Shown piece after piece: positions 23,890-36,235 of a stretch of 64,000 bases of DNA. How positions within the stretch are numbered: position 1 is the first letter of the stretch; each line of letters starts with the position of its first letter. A program made the translations under genes and the position numbers. The notes below the pieces were generated by a model. That model made no database searches and had not been told where the DNA came from. It worked only from the letters and a program-made list of their open reading frames with translations. Source of the DNA: Squalus acanthias (lineage: Eukaryota); assembly GCA_030390025.1 (NCBI GenBank), contig CM059433.1, forward strand, positions 11,534,001 to 11,598,000. The letters are read 5' to 3'.

Positions 23890-24750
23890 TGCTCCGCCAT
23901 TCAATAAGATAATGGCTGATCTTCTACCTCATCTCCACTTTCCTGCACTATCCCCATATCCCTTGATACCCTTAATATTCAAAAATCTATCGATCTCAGC
24001 CTTGAATATACTCAACGACTGAGCCTCCACAGCCCTCTGTGGTAGAGAATTCCAAAGATTCACCACCCTCTGAGTGAAGAAATTTCTCCTCATCTCAGTC
24101 CTAAATGGCCGACCCCTTATTCTGAGACTGTGACCCTTGGTTCTAGACTCCCCAGCCAGGGGAAACATCCTCCCTGCATCTACCCTGTCAAGCCCTGTAA
24201 GAATTTTGTATGTTTCAATGAGATTACCTCTCATTCTTCTAAACTCTAGAGAATATAGGCCTAGTCTACTCAATCTCTCCTCATAGGACAATCCCCCCAT
24301 CCCAGGAACCAGTCTGGTGAACCTTCGTTGCACTCCCTCTGTGGCAAGTCTATCCTTCTTTAGGTAAGGAGACCAAAACTGTACACAATACTCCAGGTGT
24401 GGTCTCACCAGGGCCCTATATAATTGCAGTAAGACATCTTTACTCTTATACTCAAATCCTCTTGTAATAAAGGCCAACATACCATTTGCTTTCCTAATTG
24501 CTTGCTGTACCTGCATGTTAACTTTCAGTGATTCGTGTACAAGGACATCCAGGTCCCTCTGAACACCAACATTTCCCAATCCCTCACCATTTAAAAAATA
24601 CTCTGCTTTTCTATTTTTCCTACCAAAGTGGATAACTTCACCTTTCTCCACTTTATATTCCATTTGCCCATTCACTTAGCCTGTCTATATCCCCTTGAAG
24701 CCTCCTTACATCCTCCTCACAACTGACATTCCCACCCAGCTTTGTATCAT
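23890..24750 (-). mobile_element. CR1 (HER1-like) LINE, 5'-truncated, with an open ORF2 C-terminus
   Basis: 248-aa ORF 23929-24675: LYRALVRPHLEYCVQFWSPY..VQRRFTRLVPGM..GLSYEERL. Confidence 0.96.
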
Positions 24751-25161
24751 CAGAGGGTTTGGTTGTTGGGTAAATCACAGCCACAGATTCCTTTTCCTGT
24801 CTCTACATTCATTTTGCCAAACATTATTTTTTTTTGCCTCATACAGTATTTGGAAAGGTTGCAATTCCCTGACACATATGCTTTGGGGAGCTGAGAAAAG
24901 GTCCCACCGACAGACAAAAAGATTGCTGCCATTTAAATTATTACTGCCTTTCCCCATTATAGGGATCACCAAAGGATGAGACAGCGTACAGTGTGCACCA
25001 GCAGGGTGACTGAAATACAGAAGAACCAGCGATAGATTTTATTCTACAGATGCCTATATTCAGTGTACTATCCTGAAGTACGTTCATATTTGATTGTACT
25101 CTCCAAAATGTGGTCACCCAAGAGGCGTTGGCAGACAGTTGAAGGTGCAAGGATAGTGTAG

Positions 25162-25600
25162 TGTCGTCCGCATGCCCGATACGAGACTCCCAAAACAAGC
25201 GCTCTACTCGGAGCTCCGACACGGCAAGAGACCCCCAGGTGGGCAGTGGAAACGCTTCAAGGACACCCTCAAAGCCTCCTTGAAAAAGTGCAACATCCCC
25301 ACCGACACCTGGGAATCCCTGGCCCAAGACCGCTCAAAGTGGAGGAGAAGCATCCGGGAAGGCGCCGAACACCTCGAGCCTCTTCGCCGGGAGCAAGCGG
25401 AAGCCAAGCGCAGGCAGCGCAAGGAGCGCACGTCAACCCAAGCACCCCACCTACTCGCCCCTTCAACCACCGTCTGCCCCACCTGTGACAGAGACTGCAG
25501 GTCCCACATTGGACTCATCAGTCACCTGAGAACTCATCTTTAGTGCGGAAGCAAGTCATCCTCTGTTCTGAGGGACTGCCTAAGAAAAAGAAGAAGAAGA
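25162..25600 (+). mobile_element. RTE-clade LINE 3' end
   Basis: MPDTRLPKQALYSELRHGKR..CPTCDRDCRSHIGLISHLRTH; (AAG)n tail; TSD AGTGTAG at 25155-25161 and 25601-25607. Confidence 0.95.
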
Positions 25601-25759
25601 AGTGTAGAACGAGAGAAGCGGGTATCTGCAAGGGCATTAGTAGGAAACAGAAGACATAGGTGCAGGGAAGCTCTGAGTTACTTGGATTGACTAATAGATA
25701 CATGGGCCCCTGTGTTTGTCTCTCTACCACCCTGTTTTTCAATGTGAACAGATCAGTGG

Positions 25760-26380
25760 CAAGACTAGATTTGCAAAAAAGTTATACACCTCCGACTTCC
25801 CATCCGAGGCCCACCTGATGCAATTTTCGAGCAGATTCCAATTTAGGCAGCCAGAACTCAACAACCAGGAGTCTCATTAAACTATGCAAATCAAGGTCTT
25901 ATCACGTAGTTAGGACCCCAGTGCTATTTTGGTCATCTTTAGCATGGTATCGCCCAGGGGTAAAACCCGTCCACTACACAGTGGTGTCGTGCGCCACAAG
26001 GCCCCAGTTGCCTCTGAACATCCTGCAGGGTGGACGGATGGGGAATTAAAGCACAACTTGCCCGCTTGTCAGTGGGGCGGGGGGGCGGTGGGTCCATGGG
26101 CAAACCATCGCGGCAGGTTTCACGAGGGAGCCCAGCAGCTGGGGTCCCAGGAAATTGATGCGGAAGACTGGGAACGCATCCTCCCACTTCATTTTGCACG
26201 CCTACTGCAGACCTAGCTTCACCCCCACTCCCGTCGAGGAACCCATGGAAATCCCAGGGGAACATAAAGGAGGCAGAAACCTGGCTAAATGTGTCTCTGC
26301 CCCTTTTTCCTGGTCTTTGTGTCCTGAGACATGGACATCCCTGAGGGGGGTGGGGGGGCAAAGCTCAAGAAAATGGGCCC
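25760..26380. mobile_element. Probable diverged MITE
   Basis: GC-rich block ending GAAAATGGGCCCC, with motifs shared with other MITEs (CTCATTAAACTATGCAAAT). Confidence 0.4.
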
Positions 26381-27090
26381 CATTCTTATGTCCAGCTCCC
26401 GCTATGGTTTATCCAAATGTAAGCATTTTCAGGGTGCATTGCAGGGATGCAACAATACAGCAGACTTAAAACTTCAGCTAGGGGATGTCAGCGTGCAGGA
26501 CAGAATACTTAAAAGATCTCCATCATCAGAGGGTAGACATGACAAGGATAATGTGTAGCGTAAAAGCAAAAAAATGTTAGTTAGAAGCATTCTAATAGTT
26601 GGTAAATCCTGTTGGGAACTGCTATGATAAAGATAAAGCTGCCTTTTCACCGGTGAACCAGAAATGAATCTGACACTGGAATTTGGAGTGAAAACAACTG
26701 CTCCCTGTCCAAATATCTCACGAGTAGTGAGCCGCCACCTGCATTCCCCTGCCACAGTTTACAAAAATCTCCTGCTCGTTCAATCTGAGCAGGTGACCAG
26801 ATGTTTTATGACCTGTAACAGCAAGTACTCAGGTTAATAATAAATGCACTCAAAACCCCAACACAATATTAATTCTATTTCTTTCTTAACCTACTCACGC
26901 TCGGTAATGTAGCAACAAATCTCAATTTGGTAAAAACTTTTTTTGAAGAATCAATAAAAAAAGAAGACAGACAGAGGAGAATATAAAAAATGTGCCTTCT
27001 AATATTTTTCTGTTAATGCTGTCTGAGATAACAGAATAATCCAGGATAAAGCCCGACAATCCCTGAGTATTTATTCAAAGCACGACACAT

Positions 27091-27813
27091 TGGTCCCTAA
27101 TTTCCGATCGGAGGCTGCCTGCGTGCGGAGGCCTCCTATCGGAAAAAAATCTACGCCCTTAACTGAGGGTTCCCGAGGTCCGGACACTTCCGATCCTGGG
27201 CCTCTCCACGGTGAAATGTGCGGGGCCCACCTATCCCAGGTGCGCAGGCAGTTCGCAAGTGTCCCTAGGATCACGTGGGCCATGGCGAGCCAATAGGAGA
27301 AGGGAATCCCCCTTCATACTTTTGACTGATAGACCTGTCAAAAGTATGAATGGGGATCACTGAAAAATGACATCAAAACATTAAATAAATTTTTTTAAAA
27401 CCATCACGTTTTTAAAATGAGTTAAAATTACATTAAATTAAATATTTTAAACAAAAATGTAATTTTTTGAAAAAAATAATTAAAGTTTTTTACGGGGCTA
27501 AAAATAAACTTACCTTTTTAAAGTATTTTAAAATTATAATTGAGTGAAAACATTTTTTTTTACATTTTTAAACTCTTATGCTGGTAAAAGCAGGCCTTAC
27601 ACCTGCTTTTACCAGGCGTAAGATTTCTAAAGGTTTTCTGCGGGCGGAGGTTCTGCAGAAAGTGGAACTCTCCGCCCGCAGAGGCCCTTCTCTAGGGCAG
27701 GCGTCCGATCTGTCGAGAGGATTCTTGACAGATCGGAAATGCCGGTTTTCAGCGCATGCGCTTCGCTTTCCTGAAACCGGCAAAAAAAAAATTACCGTGC
27801 AGTAATTGGTCCC
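27091..27813 (+). mobile_element. Harbinger-type MITE family A, diverged copy 3
   Basis: Same module order as copies 1 and 2 (GATCACGTGG, CCAAT, TTCATA hairpin, AT-rich core, ACTTACCT, GCGCATGCGC); CAT on both flanks. Confidence 0.82.
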
Positions 27814-28029
27814 CATCTGGGATTCTTCAGGCTGCGTTTAGATTATTGTCTGCAATTCGGGGAGCCACACCATCCACAAGACATTGATGCTTTGAGAGCG
27901 AGTTCACAGAAGAGCAACAAAGATAATTCAGTGACTCAGAACTCTGAGTGGTGAAGGTAGGCTAACAGATTGAAATTTGTTTTCACCAGTGAAAAGAAGA
28001 CTGAGATGGGAGATGTGCCTCATTGTAAC

Positions 28030-28330
28030 ACTCCTCTGCAGCTGATTGAGGCCCTCAAATTAGACATGGGAGCAGGGCAAATGCTTTGTTGCCCAGAAGC
28101 CATCCGTGGATCTGATTCACTTCCCTGAAGAAGTCACGGAGGGATGAATGACGGAGGATGACGCTATAATGGTAGCTTCCTGAATATCGAGCGTTGACAC
28201 AGTGGATCCTCTGATTGTTGTCGCACAATGAGGAACATTGAGGCAGGGTTAAAGTAGTTAGTGGGTGTCCTATGGGTGCCTTTAATGCAATGTGGGTGCC
28301 ATCAATTGTATCCTGGGCCTTGGACAAGAC
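28030..28330 (-). pseudogene. Harbinger transposase fragment
   Basis: QDTIDGTHIALKAP..VNARYSGSYH..ILRHS..GWLLGNK. Confidence 0.85.
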
Positions 28331-28514
28331 AACAACCCATAAAACCAGTTTAATTTAGCCGAAGATTCGGCTGAAATAAAATTTAGGGTCAAATATAGCA
28401 AGTTAGTTTACAATTATATCTCAGGTTAATATTGTGAACTGAATGATACTGTAATTGGATAAAGAAACAATTCTGCAAAGTATAATTAATATAAATGTCA
28501 AGTCATTAGGGAGG

Positions 28515-28975
28515 GTTTAGAATGATACCAGGCATGAGGGACTTCAGTTATGTGGAGAGACTAGAGAAGTTGAGATAGGACTCCTTAGAGCAGAGACGGT
28601 GAAGGGGAGATTTAATACAGGTTCAAAATTTATGAGGGGTTTTGATAGTGTAAATAAGGAGAAGCTGTTTCCACTGGCAGGAGGGTCGGTAATCAGAGGA
28701 CACAGATTTAAAGTAATTGACTAAAGAACCAGAGGGGAGATGAGAATATTTTTTCTACGCAGCGAGTTGTTGTGATCTGGAATGCGCTGCCTGAAAGGGC
28801 GGTGGGAGAAGATTCAATAGTAACTTTCAACAGGGAATTGGATAAAGACTTGAAAAGGAGAACATTTGCAGGGCTGTGGGGAAAGATCAGGGGAGTGGGA
28901 CGAGTTGAATAGCTCTTTCATAGAGCCGGCACAGGCACGATGGGCCGAATGGCTGTGAGATTCTATGATTCTCTA
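28515..28975 (+). mobile_element. CR1 LINE 3' end (second subfamily tail)
   Basis: Degenerate SYVERLEKL..GDLI..LFPLAGGS..WNALPE; tail GGGCCGAATGGCTGTGAGATTCTATG. Confidence 0.88.
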
Positions 28976-29329
28976 AGCACCAAACAAATACAATGGGATA
29001 GATTTTCAACCTGCTGCCCAGGCATAAAATTGGCCTTGTGTTTCGGCTGCCCATTATAGAAAATGGTGCCATTTTGCACTTCCATTGAAATTACCAGCAG
29101 GTGTGCTCACAGCATAAATGCCTTTTCAACCTTACATCTCAACAGTGGCACTGGATCCTTCCATTTATGAAAAAGAGCATCGTCATTTGCTTACCCTGTC
29201 ACCGTGGAGAACTGTGAGTCTTTCATACTTAGGAAAGAACAATATTCCTAGTGGGATCACCTCTACGTACTTAGAACAGTATTCTCAGACCCAACATAAC
29301 AGACTAGATGATGTGTATCACTGGGAGGA

Positions 29330-29990
29330 ATGGTAGCATAGTGGTTATGTTACTGGACTAGTAATCCAGAGGCCTGGACTAATAATCCATGAGACGTGAG
29401 TACAGATCCCACCACTACTGGATTGTTGTAAAAACCCATCTGTTTCACTAATGTCCTTTAGGGAAGGAAATCTGCTGTCTTACCCAGTCTGGCCTATATG
29501 TGACTTCAGACCCACAGCAATGTGGTTAACTGCCCTCTGAAATGCCTAGCCCCCCATCCCCAGTTGACCCTGCAAAGTCCTCCTCACTAACATCTGGAGA
29601 CTTGTGCCAAAATTGGGAGAGCTGTCCCACAGACACCGTGGCTGCAGTGTGTACCATCTACAAGATGCACTGCAGCAACTCGCCAAGGCTTCTTTGGCAG
29701 CACCTCCCAAACCCGTGACCTCAACCACCTAGAAGGACAAGGGCAGCAGACGCATGGGAACACCACCACCTCAAAGTTCTCCTCCAAGTCACACACCATC
29801 CTGACTTGGAAATATATTGCCGTTCCTTCATCGTCAAAATCTGCAGCTCCCTCCCGAACAGCACTGTGGGAGTACCTTCACCACAAGGACTGCAGCGGTT
29901 TAAGAAGGTCTTCTCAAGGGCAATTAGGGATGGGCAATAAATGCTGGCCTTGCCAGCGACGCCCACATTCCAGGAACGAATTTTAAAAAA
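29330..29990 (+). mobile_element. tRNA-derived SINE (~29330-29550) joined to 3' fragments of CR1-group LINE family 2 (~29635-29990)
   Basis: Head GGTAGCATAGTGGTTATGTTACTGGACTAGTAATCCAGAGG; LINE part matches ~40680-41020, including the GGGCAATTAGGGATGGGCAATAAATGCTGGCC tail. Confidence 0.75.
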
Positions 29991-30167
29991 GGTCATTGAT
30001 CTGGACAGTCTTATATGGCTTTGGGTCACATGATGTGGAAAAACCTGCCGATCTTATTTTCAGAATTATAAGCCCCAGTTTTAACTCCAGGAGAGAATTG
30101 GGGGTGCAAAGGCTGAAGCGGGCGGTGATCTGTTCAGTCACCCAGAGCGCGAGGCCAGGGAGATATT

Positions 30168-30944
30168 AGCCCAAATTTTGCTGTAGGAGTGAATCGAACG
30201 GCAGATGGCATTAGTTAGACTTGCCCTTGCATGTTTAGGTTTTTTAATTTTTTGCGTGAAAAGTTGCTGAAAATGCGAGCTGATAACGTCGCAGCGAGGG
30301 AAACCGGGCATCTGGGACCTGAGTGAACAGAGCAACAGCGTAACCAATCAGATTGAAGGGTTGTGAAATAAACAGCACAAGGACTAAGAAAGAGGGTGAA
30401 TTAGAGTGGGTGAATTCAATGTCAAATCAGGCATAGAAAGAGAAATAAAGAGAGAGAAAGAAAGATTGGATTAAGAGAGAGAGAAAAAGAGAGAAAGGAA
30501 AAGTAAAAAAAAACATTATTTAAAATTTTACATTTTTAAAATCTCCAACAACAATTAATACCTGAAGGAATGAGACTCCGCACTTGTAATAGTTAATTTT
30601 CAGAGCCAGAGAGGTTGTTTGGCAGTAATTAACTCTTATAATGTCATTAAAATGGTACTTAGACTGAAACTTTCCAGACTTAAATTTCTGTGACGAGTTT
30701 AGTTCGTATCTACCGCGCAAATACAACAGCTTCACACCACTCAATGCTTTTCTATGGTGAGGCAGACAGCGAGATGCCGTTTTCCGCAAAGCTAACAGCG
30801 GAGCAGCGCAACTTGGGCAACAAATTTTGGATAATTGAGATTAACCGCGCCTCTGCCCCTCGCCTGAAGTTGCTGCACCATTTATGCATAAATAACGGCG
30901 AGCGCCATTAGCCTCACCGTTACTTTGACAGGAAAATCTGGGCC
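30168..30944. mobile_element. Harbinger-type MITE nested in another MITE (~30071-31170)
   Basis: Ends AGCCCAAATTTTGCTG and CAGGAAAATCTGGGCC; flanks ATT/GTT. Confidence 0.8.
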
Positions 30945-31559
30945 GTTAACTCCGGACGTCATTTGAAGCCAGCGGGGGGTGATGGTGGGCGGGCGGGGGT
31001 GGCAATACCTGGAGGTGTGGCAACCTGCCTCCAGGGTCCCGGGGAAATGGTCCCCAGCAAGGTAAGTGGTGGAGGGGGTTGGGTAAGTTCCTGCTGCTCC
31101 TGGCCCACAAAGAGCATTTTTTAAAAGATTTGTTTAAAAGCACTTACCTGTGGCCAGGATGCTGCCAGCCACTATAAATTAATGTTGCACTTTTCTGACA
31201 AAATGTGTATTACCAGAACCAGGTGGTGAAAAAAAGTTATAAATAATTAGGTAACTGATATAATTGATGCAACTCATGCATGTTTTCAGAGATAGAGCAG
31301 GATTACACACCAAGCATAAAAAATTCATTACGAATATCAATGTAATGTCTAATAAGACATTTTTTTTTCTATTTCTTCGCACTCCAAAAAAGGAGAATAT
31401 CTGAAATTGTTATCGGGCTGTGTTTTCGGCGGGAAAGGCGCGATGCAGGAGATCCCGTTGATTTTCTCGCATCGCATTTGTACTAATGAAGTAATCAGAG
31501 TAAGCGCCTGCTTGCACAGTAGGCTGCCTAAAGGAGCCCCCAGTAATTGCAAAACATTG

Positions 31560-31860
31560 TGGCAACACGGTGGCATAGTGGTTAGCACTGTTGCCTCACA
31601 GCGCCAGGGACCCGGGTTCGAATCCGGCCTCGGGTGACTGTCTGTGTGGAGTTTGCACGTTCTCCCCGTGTCCTCCGGGTGCTCCGGTTTCCTCCCACAG
31701 TCCAAAGATGTGCAGGTTAGTTTGATTTGGCTATGATAAATTGACCCTTAGTGTTAGGGGGATTAAATACGTGGGGTTACAGGGATAGGGTGGGATATCT
31801 GTCGGTGCAGGCTCGATGGGCCAAAATGGCCTCTATCTGCCCTGTGGGGATTCTGTGATT
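31560..31860 (+). mobile_element. HE1-type V-SINE
   Basis: Reverse complement of 20760-21092; CR1-like tail GGCTCGATGGGCCAAAATGGCC. Confidence 0.9.
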
Positions 31861-32196
31861 CTTTTAAAGAGCTGCACTCTCGCCTGAAACCAAAGGGAAA
31901 AGGATTGTGTTGCACTATTTCTGGAAAATGGAGGGTCATTGCCCCACACACGCTATATTCACAGATTCTGCCTTTGTGGTTATGCTGCATGAAAGAGGAC
32001 TGCACTCTTTGTCACTCAAGGGAACCCCCCCTCCACCCCAAAAAAAGAATGATCCAAATTAAGAAGAAGATAGCAGACGCCCAAGAAAGCTGCCAAGGCA
32101 AGGCTACCCTAAAATTTTGCCCCGAGCATACATGCCTGCAAAGTGATTCCTCAGAATTGGGTTACACTTTTACTGCCACCTCGTGCAAAAACACAC

Positions 32197-32640
32197 CGGG
32201 GGGAATTTTGCCAACGCTCAGGGGCCGGGTTTGGAGGCGGGACTGCTGGCAAAATTGCAAAGATTAACAGCGGGTCCCGAACCCGCTGTCAACCCACCTC
32301 CATACAATCTTCCCAAGTGTCGGGTCCCCGATTTGCGCAGGGACCCGACACCTAGCGGCGGGAAGAGGGTTATAGGCACTTAACTGCTTGTTAACAGGTA
32401 GTTAACAGGCAGTTAAGAGGCTTTTTTCAATTTTGACAGGTCGACTGCGGGCTTCCCGACGTCCGGACACCACGCCAGGGTAAGTGTGGCGTGCTGTGGG
32501 TCTACTGTAAGGTTTGTACATTGATGACAGCTGCAGAAGTGGTGTGAAGGATCCAATGGTACACTGGTGAGTTTCAGAGGTAAGAAAATGTTGGGAAAAT
32601 CGTTTTTAATGTATTTACACTTTTCTGTAGGTAACAAGGT
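32197..32640 (-). mobile_element. Family B MITE, partial and inverted
   Basis: Begins GGGGGGAATTTTGCC..GGGTTTGGAGGCGGGACTG; has GTTAACAGG repeats. Confidence 0.75.
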
Positions 32641-33709
32641 TTGAAGTGTTTGTGTAGTCCCACTTCATTGGGAGAACCTCTCTCACCAGTGACAGATCGC
32701 TTCTGTAACCTTTGAGTCAAGTACAGCAAATCGCTTCGAGTAATGCCATGGGCCTTTTATGTCCACCTGAGAGGGCAGACGTGGCCTCGGTTTAACCTCT
32801 CAGTACTGTACTGAAGTGTCAGCCTAGATTATGTCCTAGACTATGTGCGCAAGTCTCTGGAGTGGGATTTACCCTATATCATGTCATCAACAGTATCGGT
32901 CAAGATAGAAAACAAAAACTATCCATAATAGTACAAGACCCGTTAAAGTATGTGACCTCTGATGATATTTATAAGGTGACCGTTCCCTCCACGGCACCCT
33001 GGTCCACTCCTCAATCACCCCCAACACTCCCTCCCCTTCCCATGGAACCTTCCCATGCAAACACAAGAGATGCAACACCTGCCCTTTTACCTCCTCCCTT
33101 CCCACTGTCCAGGGCCCCAAACACTCCTTCCAGGTGAAACAGCAATTTACTTGTACTTCTTGCAATTTAGTATACTGTATTCGCTGCTCACGATGCAGTC
33201 TCCTCTACATGGGGGAGACCAAATGCAGATTGGGTGACCGCTTTGTGGAACAACTCCATTCAGTCCGCAAGCATGACCCTGAGCTTCCGGTTACCTGTCA
33301 CTTTAACTCTCCGCTCGACTCCCACTCTGACCTCTCCGGAGCTCACCGTCCTCAGCTGCCTACACTGTTCCAACGAAGCTCAACATGAGCTTAAGGAACA
33401 GCACCTCACCTATCGATTAGGCACTTTACAGCCTTCTGGACTCAACATCGAGTTCAACAATTTCAGATCATAACCTCTGCCCCCATTTTTTCAGACGGCA
33501 GCTGTTAATGATTCTGCCATTCCCATTGACACCTCTTCTAGACCCATTTTTTGTTTCTTTACTTGGCCCATTACCATCTCCTTTTGCCTTGTTCAATCAT
33601 CCCTTTTGTCATTTAACCACACCTGCCTTCCACCCTATCACAGACCTTCTCCTTTGTTCTTTCCTCCCCTCCCCCTTTACCCTGCCCCTGCACTTGTCTA
33701 AAACTTATT

Positions 33710-34453
33710 GGGCCAAAAATTCATCCCGCGACGCGAGAGTACGCACTGCGTACTCTCGCGTATTCCCTCTGCAATTGCCGGTTTTCTGCATGCCCTGCGC
33801 ATGCACTGAAAACCGGCAATTGCTCTTTTGAAAAGGGGGCGGTTCCTCGGTGCATCGCGTGCGCGCTACAGGCTGCGCGCACGCTGTGCACTTCGTGCTT
33901 TGGACGCGCAGGTAAGTACTGAAGATTTTAGAAATGGAAAAAGGAGGAGTAAGACCCACTTTTAACAAGGTAAGTAGTGAATTAAGTATTTTTTTGAATT
34001 TTTTTTAACAGGTATATCTTTTTTAGAGACTTTAAAGACAGGTAAGTTTATTTTTATAACTTTTTAAAAGATTTTAAATTTTTTCAAAAATTTAATTTTT
34101 TATTTAAAATGGTTAATTTATTTAACTATACTTATTTTATTAATGTGATGGTTTTTTTTAAAAATTTAATTGAGGTTTAGCTGTTATTTTGGGGGGGTGT
34201 AAGATTCATAGATTTCACAGCACGTATGTGAAACTTATGAATGGAAGATGGTGTGCTGCCATTGGCTCTAACTGAGTCACGTGATCCCACAGCTCGCACG
34301 AATTCACTACGCCGGTGGGATACGCAAGCACTGCCCAGCTGATGTCTGGAACATCAAGTTCGTGCGAGCTGGATCTGAAAAAGCACAAGCGGAGTGAGAG
34401 ATCGCGGGGAAGGCTTACCCCCGCGGGAACAGAGCGAGATCAATTTCTGGGCC
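33710..34453 (-). mobile_element. Harbinger-type MITE family A, copy 4 (inverted)
   Basis: Reverse complement of 1617-2378; ends GGGCCAAAAATT and AATTTCTGGGCC; flanks ATT/GTT. Confidence 0.9.
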
Positions 34454-34474
34454 GTTACATCTCTAACATTTTCC

Positions 34475-34511
34475 AGTTCTGACGAAGGGTCATCGACCTG
34501 AAACGTTGACT
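34475..34511 (+). ncRNA. Minimal type I hammerhead ribozyme motif
   Basis: AGTT-CTGACGA-AGGGTC-ATC-GACCT-GAAA-CG-TT-GACT. Confidence 0.78.
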
Positions 34512-35304
34512 TTGTTTCTCTCTCCACAGATGTTGCCTGACCTGCTGAGTGTTGCCAGCATTTTCTGTTTTTATTTCAGATTTCCAGCATCCGCCTTATT
34601 TTGCTTTTGATTATATTTAAGGTTGCTTTGCCCCTTCAGATATGGAGCCTCAAATTATCAGTCAGATTAATATTATATCAAACAGATTTAGTAAATATGG
34701 ACTTGAATTTTTGGATCGGTTTGGGCTAAAATGACCCAGTCCATCAAAATTAAATCTAGACTTGAAGCAGAATGCCAACACTGCAAGTGGAGACTTGTCT
34801 CCTGTCTCAGTTGTTTTATCATTCTGAGCCTCACGTTCATGTTAAACAGATAATTCTACCATCTTTCAAGGAACCTAATCTAATCAAACTTTGTTGGTTT
34901 AACTCTCTGACGTTAGTTGGGCACTCGGCTTATGTTGCATCTTTCTTATAGGTACATAATTGAGGTAAATTGTAGTGATTGCAATTTGTAAAAACTAGAA
35001 GGGCGCTTTTCCACTCACTACCAACCAATTTTTAAGCGTGAACAGGATGGTAGTGAGACAAAAGTTGTTTTTTAAAACTTGCCACTGACTTTCCTCCCAA
35101 GGCTTGCCTGAGGCGATTTTTGAGCAGGCCTCGATTTAAATGGACTGTGCTCCTGTCTCATTAATATATTTAAATTACGACCCTGTGATGCATTTAGGAC
35201 CCCAGTGCAATTTTCATCTTCCACTAGGTGGAGCGTGTGCAGTGCGCGCTCCCCACAGTGGACCTGCACATAGAGCATCCAAAACAGCAGTCCTTAAAGG
35301 GACT

Positions 35305-36235
35305 TTTTAAAAATTTGTTCATGGGATGTGGGCGTCGCTGGCATGGCCAGCATTTATTTCCCATCCCTAATTGCCCTCGAGAAGGTGGTGGTGAGCCGCC
35401 TTCTTGAACTGCTGCAGTCCGTGTGGTGAAGGTGCTCCCACAGTGCTGTTAGGGAGGGAGTTCCAGGATTTTGACCCAGCGACGATGAAGGATCGGCGAT
35501 ATACTTCTAAGTCAGGATGGTGTGTGACTTGGAGGGGAACTTGGTGGTGGTGGTGTTCCCATGCGCCTGCTGCCCTTGTCCTTCTAGGTGGAAGAGGTTG
35601 CGGGTTTCGGAGATGCTGCCGAAGAAGCCTTGGCGAGTTGCTGCAGTGCATCTTGTAGATGGTATACACTGCAGCCACGGTACGCCGGTGGTGGAGGGAG
35701 TGAATGGTTAAGGTGATGAATGGGGTGCCAATCAAGCGGGCTGCTTTGTCCTGGATGGTGTCGAGCTTCTTGAGTGTTGTTGGAGCTGCACTCATCCAGG
35801 CAAGTGGAGAGTATTCCACCACACTCCTTACTTGTGCCTTGTAGATGGTGGAAAGGCTTTGGAGAGTCAGGAGGTGAGACACTCGCCGCAGAATACCCAG
35901 CCTCCGACCTGCTCTTGTTGCCACAGTATTTATGTGGCTGGTCCAGTTAAGTTTCTGGTCAATGGTGACCCCCATGATGTTGATGATGGGGGATCTGGCG
36001 ATGGTAATGCCGTTGAATGTCAAGGGGAGGTGGTTAGACTCTCGCTTGTTGGAGATAGTCATTGCCTGGCACTTCTGTGGGGCGAATGTTACCTGCCACT
36101 TATCAGCCCAAGCCTGAACATCGTCCAGGTCTTGTTGCATGCGGGCACGGACTGCTTCATTATCTGAAGAGTTGTGAATGGCGCTGAACACTGTGCAGTC
36201 ATCGGCGAACATCCCCATTTCTGACCTTATGTTGG
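35305..36235 (-). mobile_element. CR1-group LINE family 2, 5'-truncated
   Basis: 283-aa ORF with RT motif MFADDCTVF..QQDLDDVQAWADKWQVTF; TSD AGGGACT at 35298-35304 and 36236-36242; sits inside a MITE (~35001-36700). Confidence 0.93.

Larger units (their letters stand above)
32975..34610 (+). mobile_element. Neptune-type Penelope-like element 3' region (GIY-YIG endonuclease plus 3' UTR), interrupted by a MITE
   Basis: Linker FPCKHKRCNTCPF; NLVYCIRCSRCSLLYMGETKCRLGDRF (GIY-YIG with internal CxxC); ends LQPSGLNIEFNNFRS*. Confidence 0.92.
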
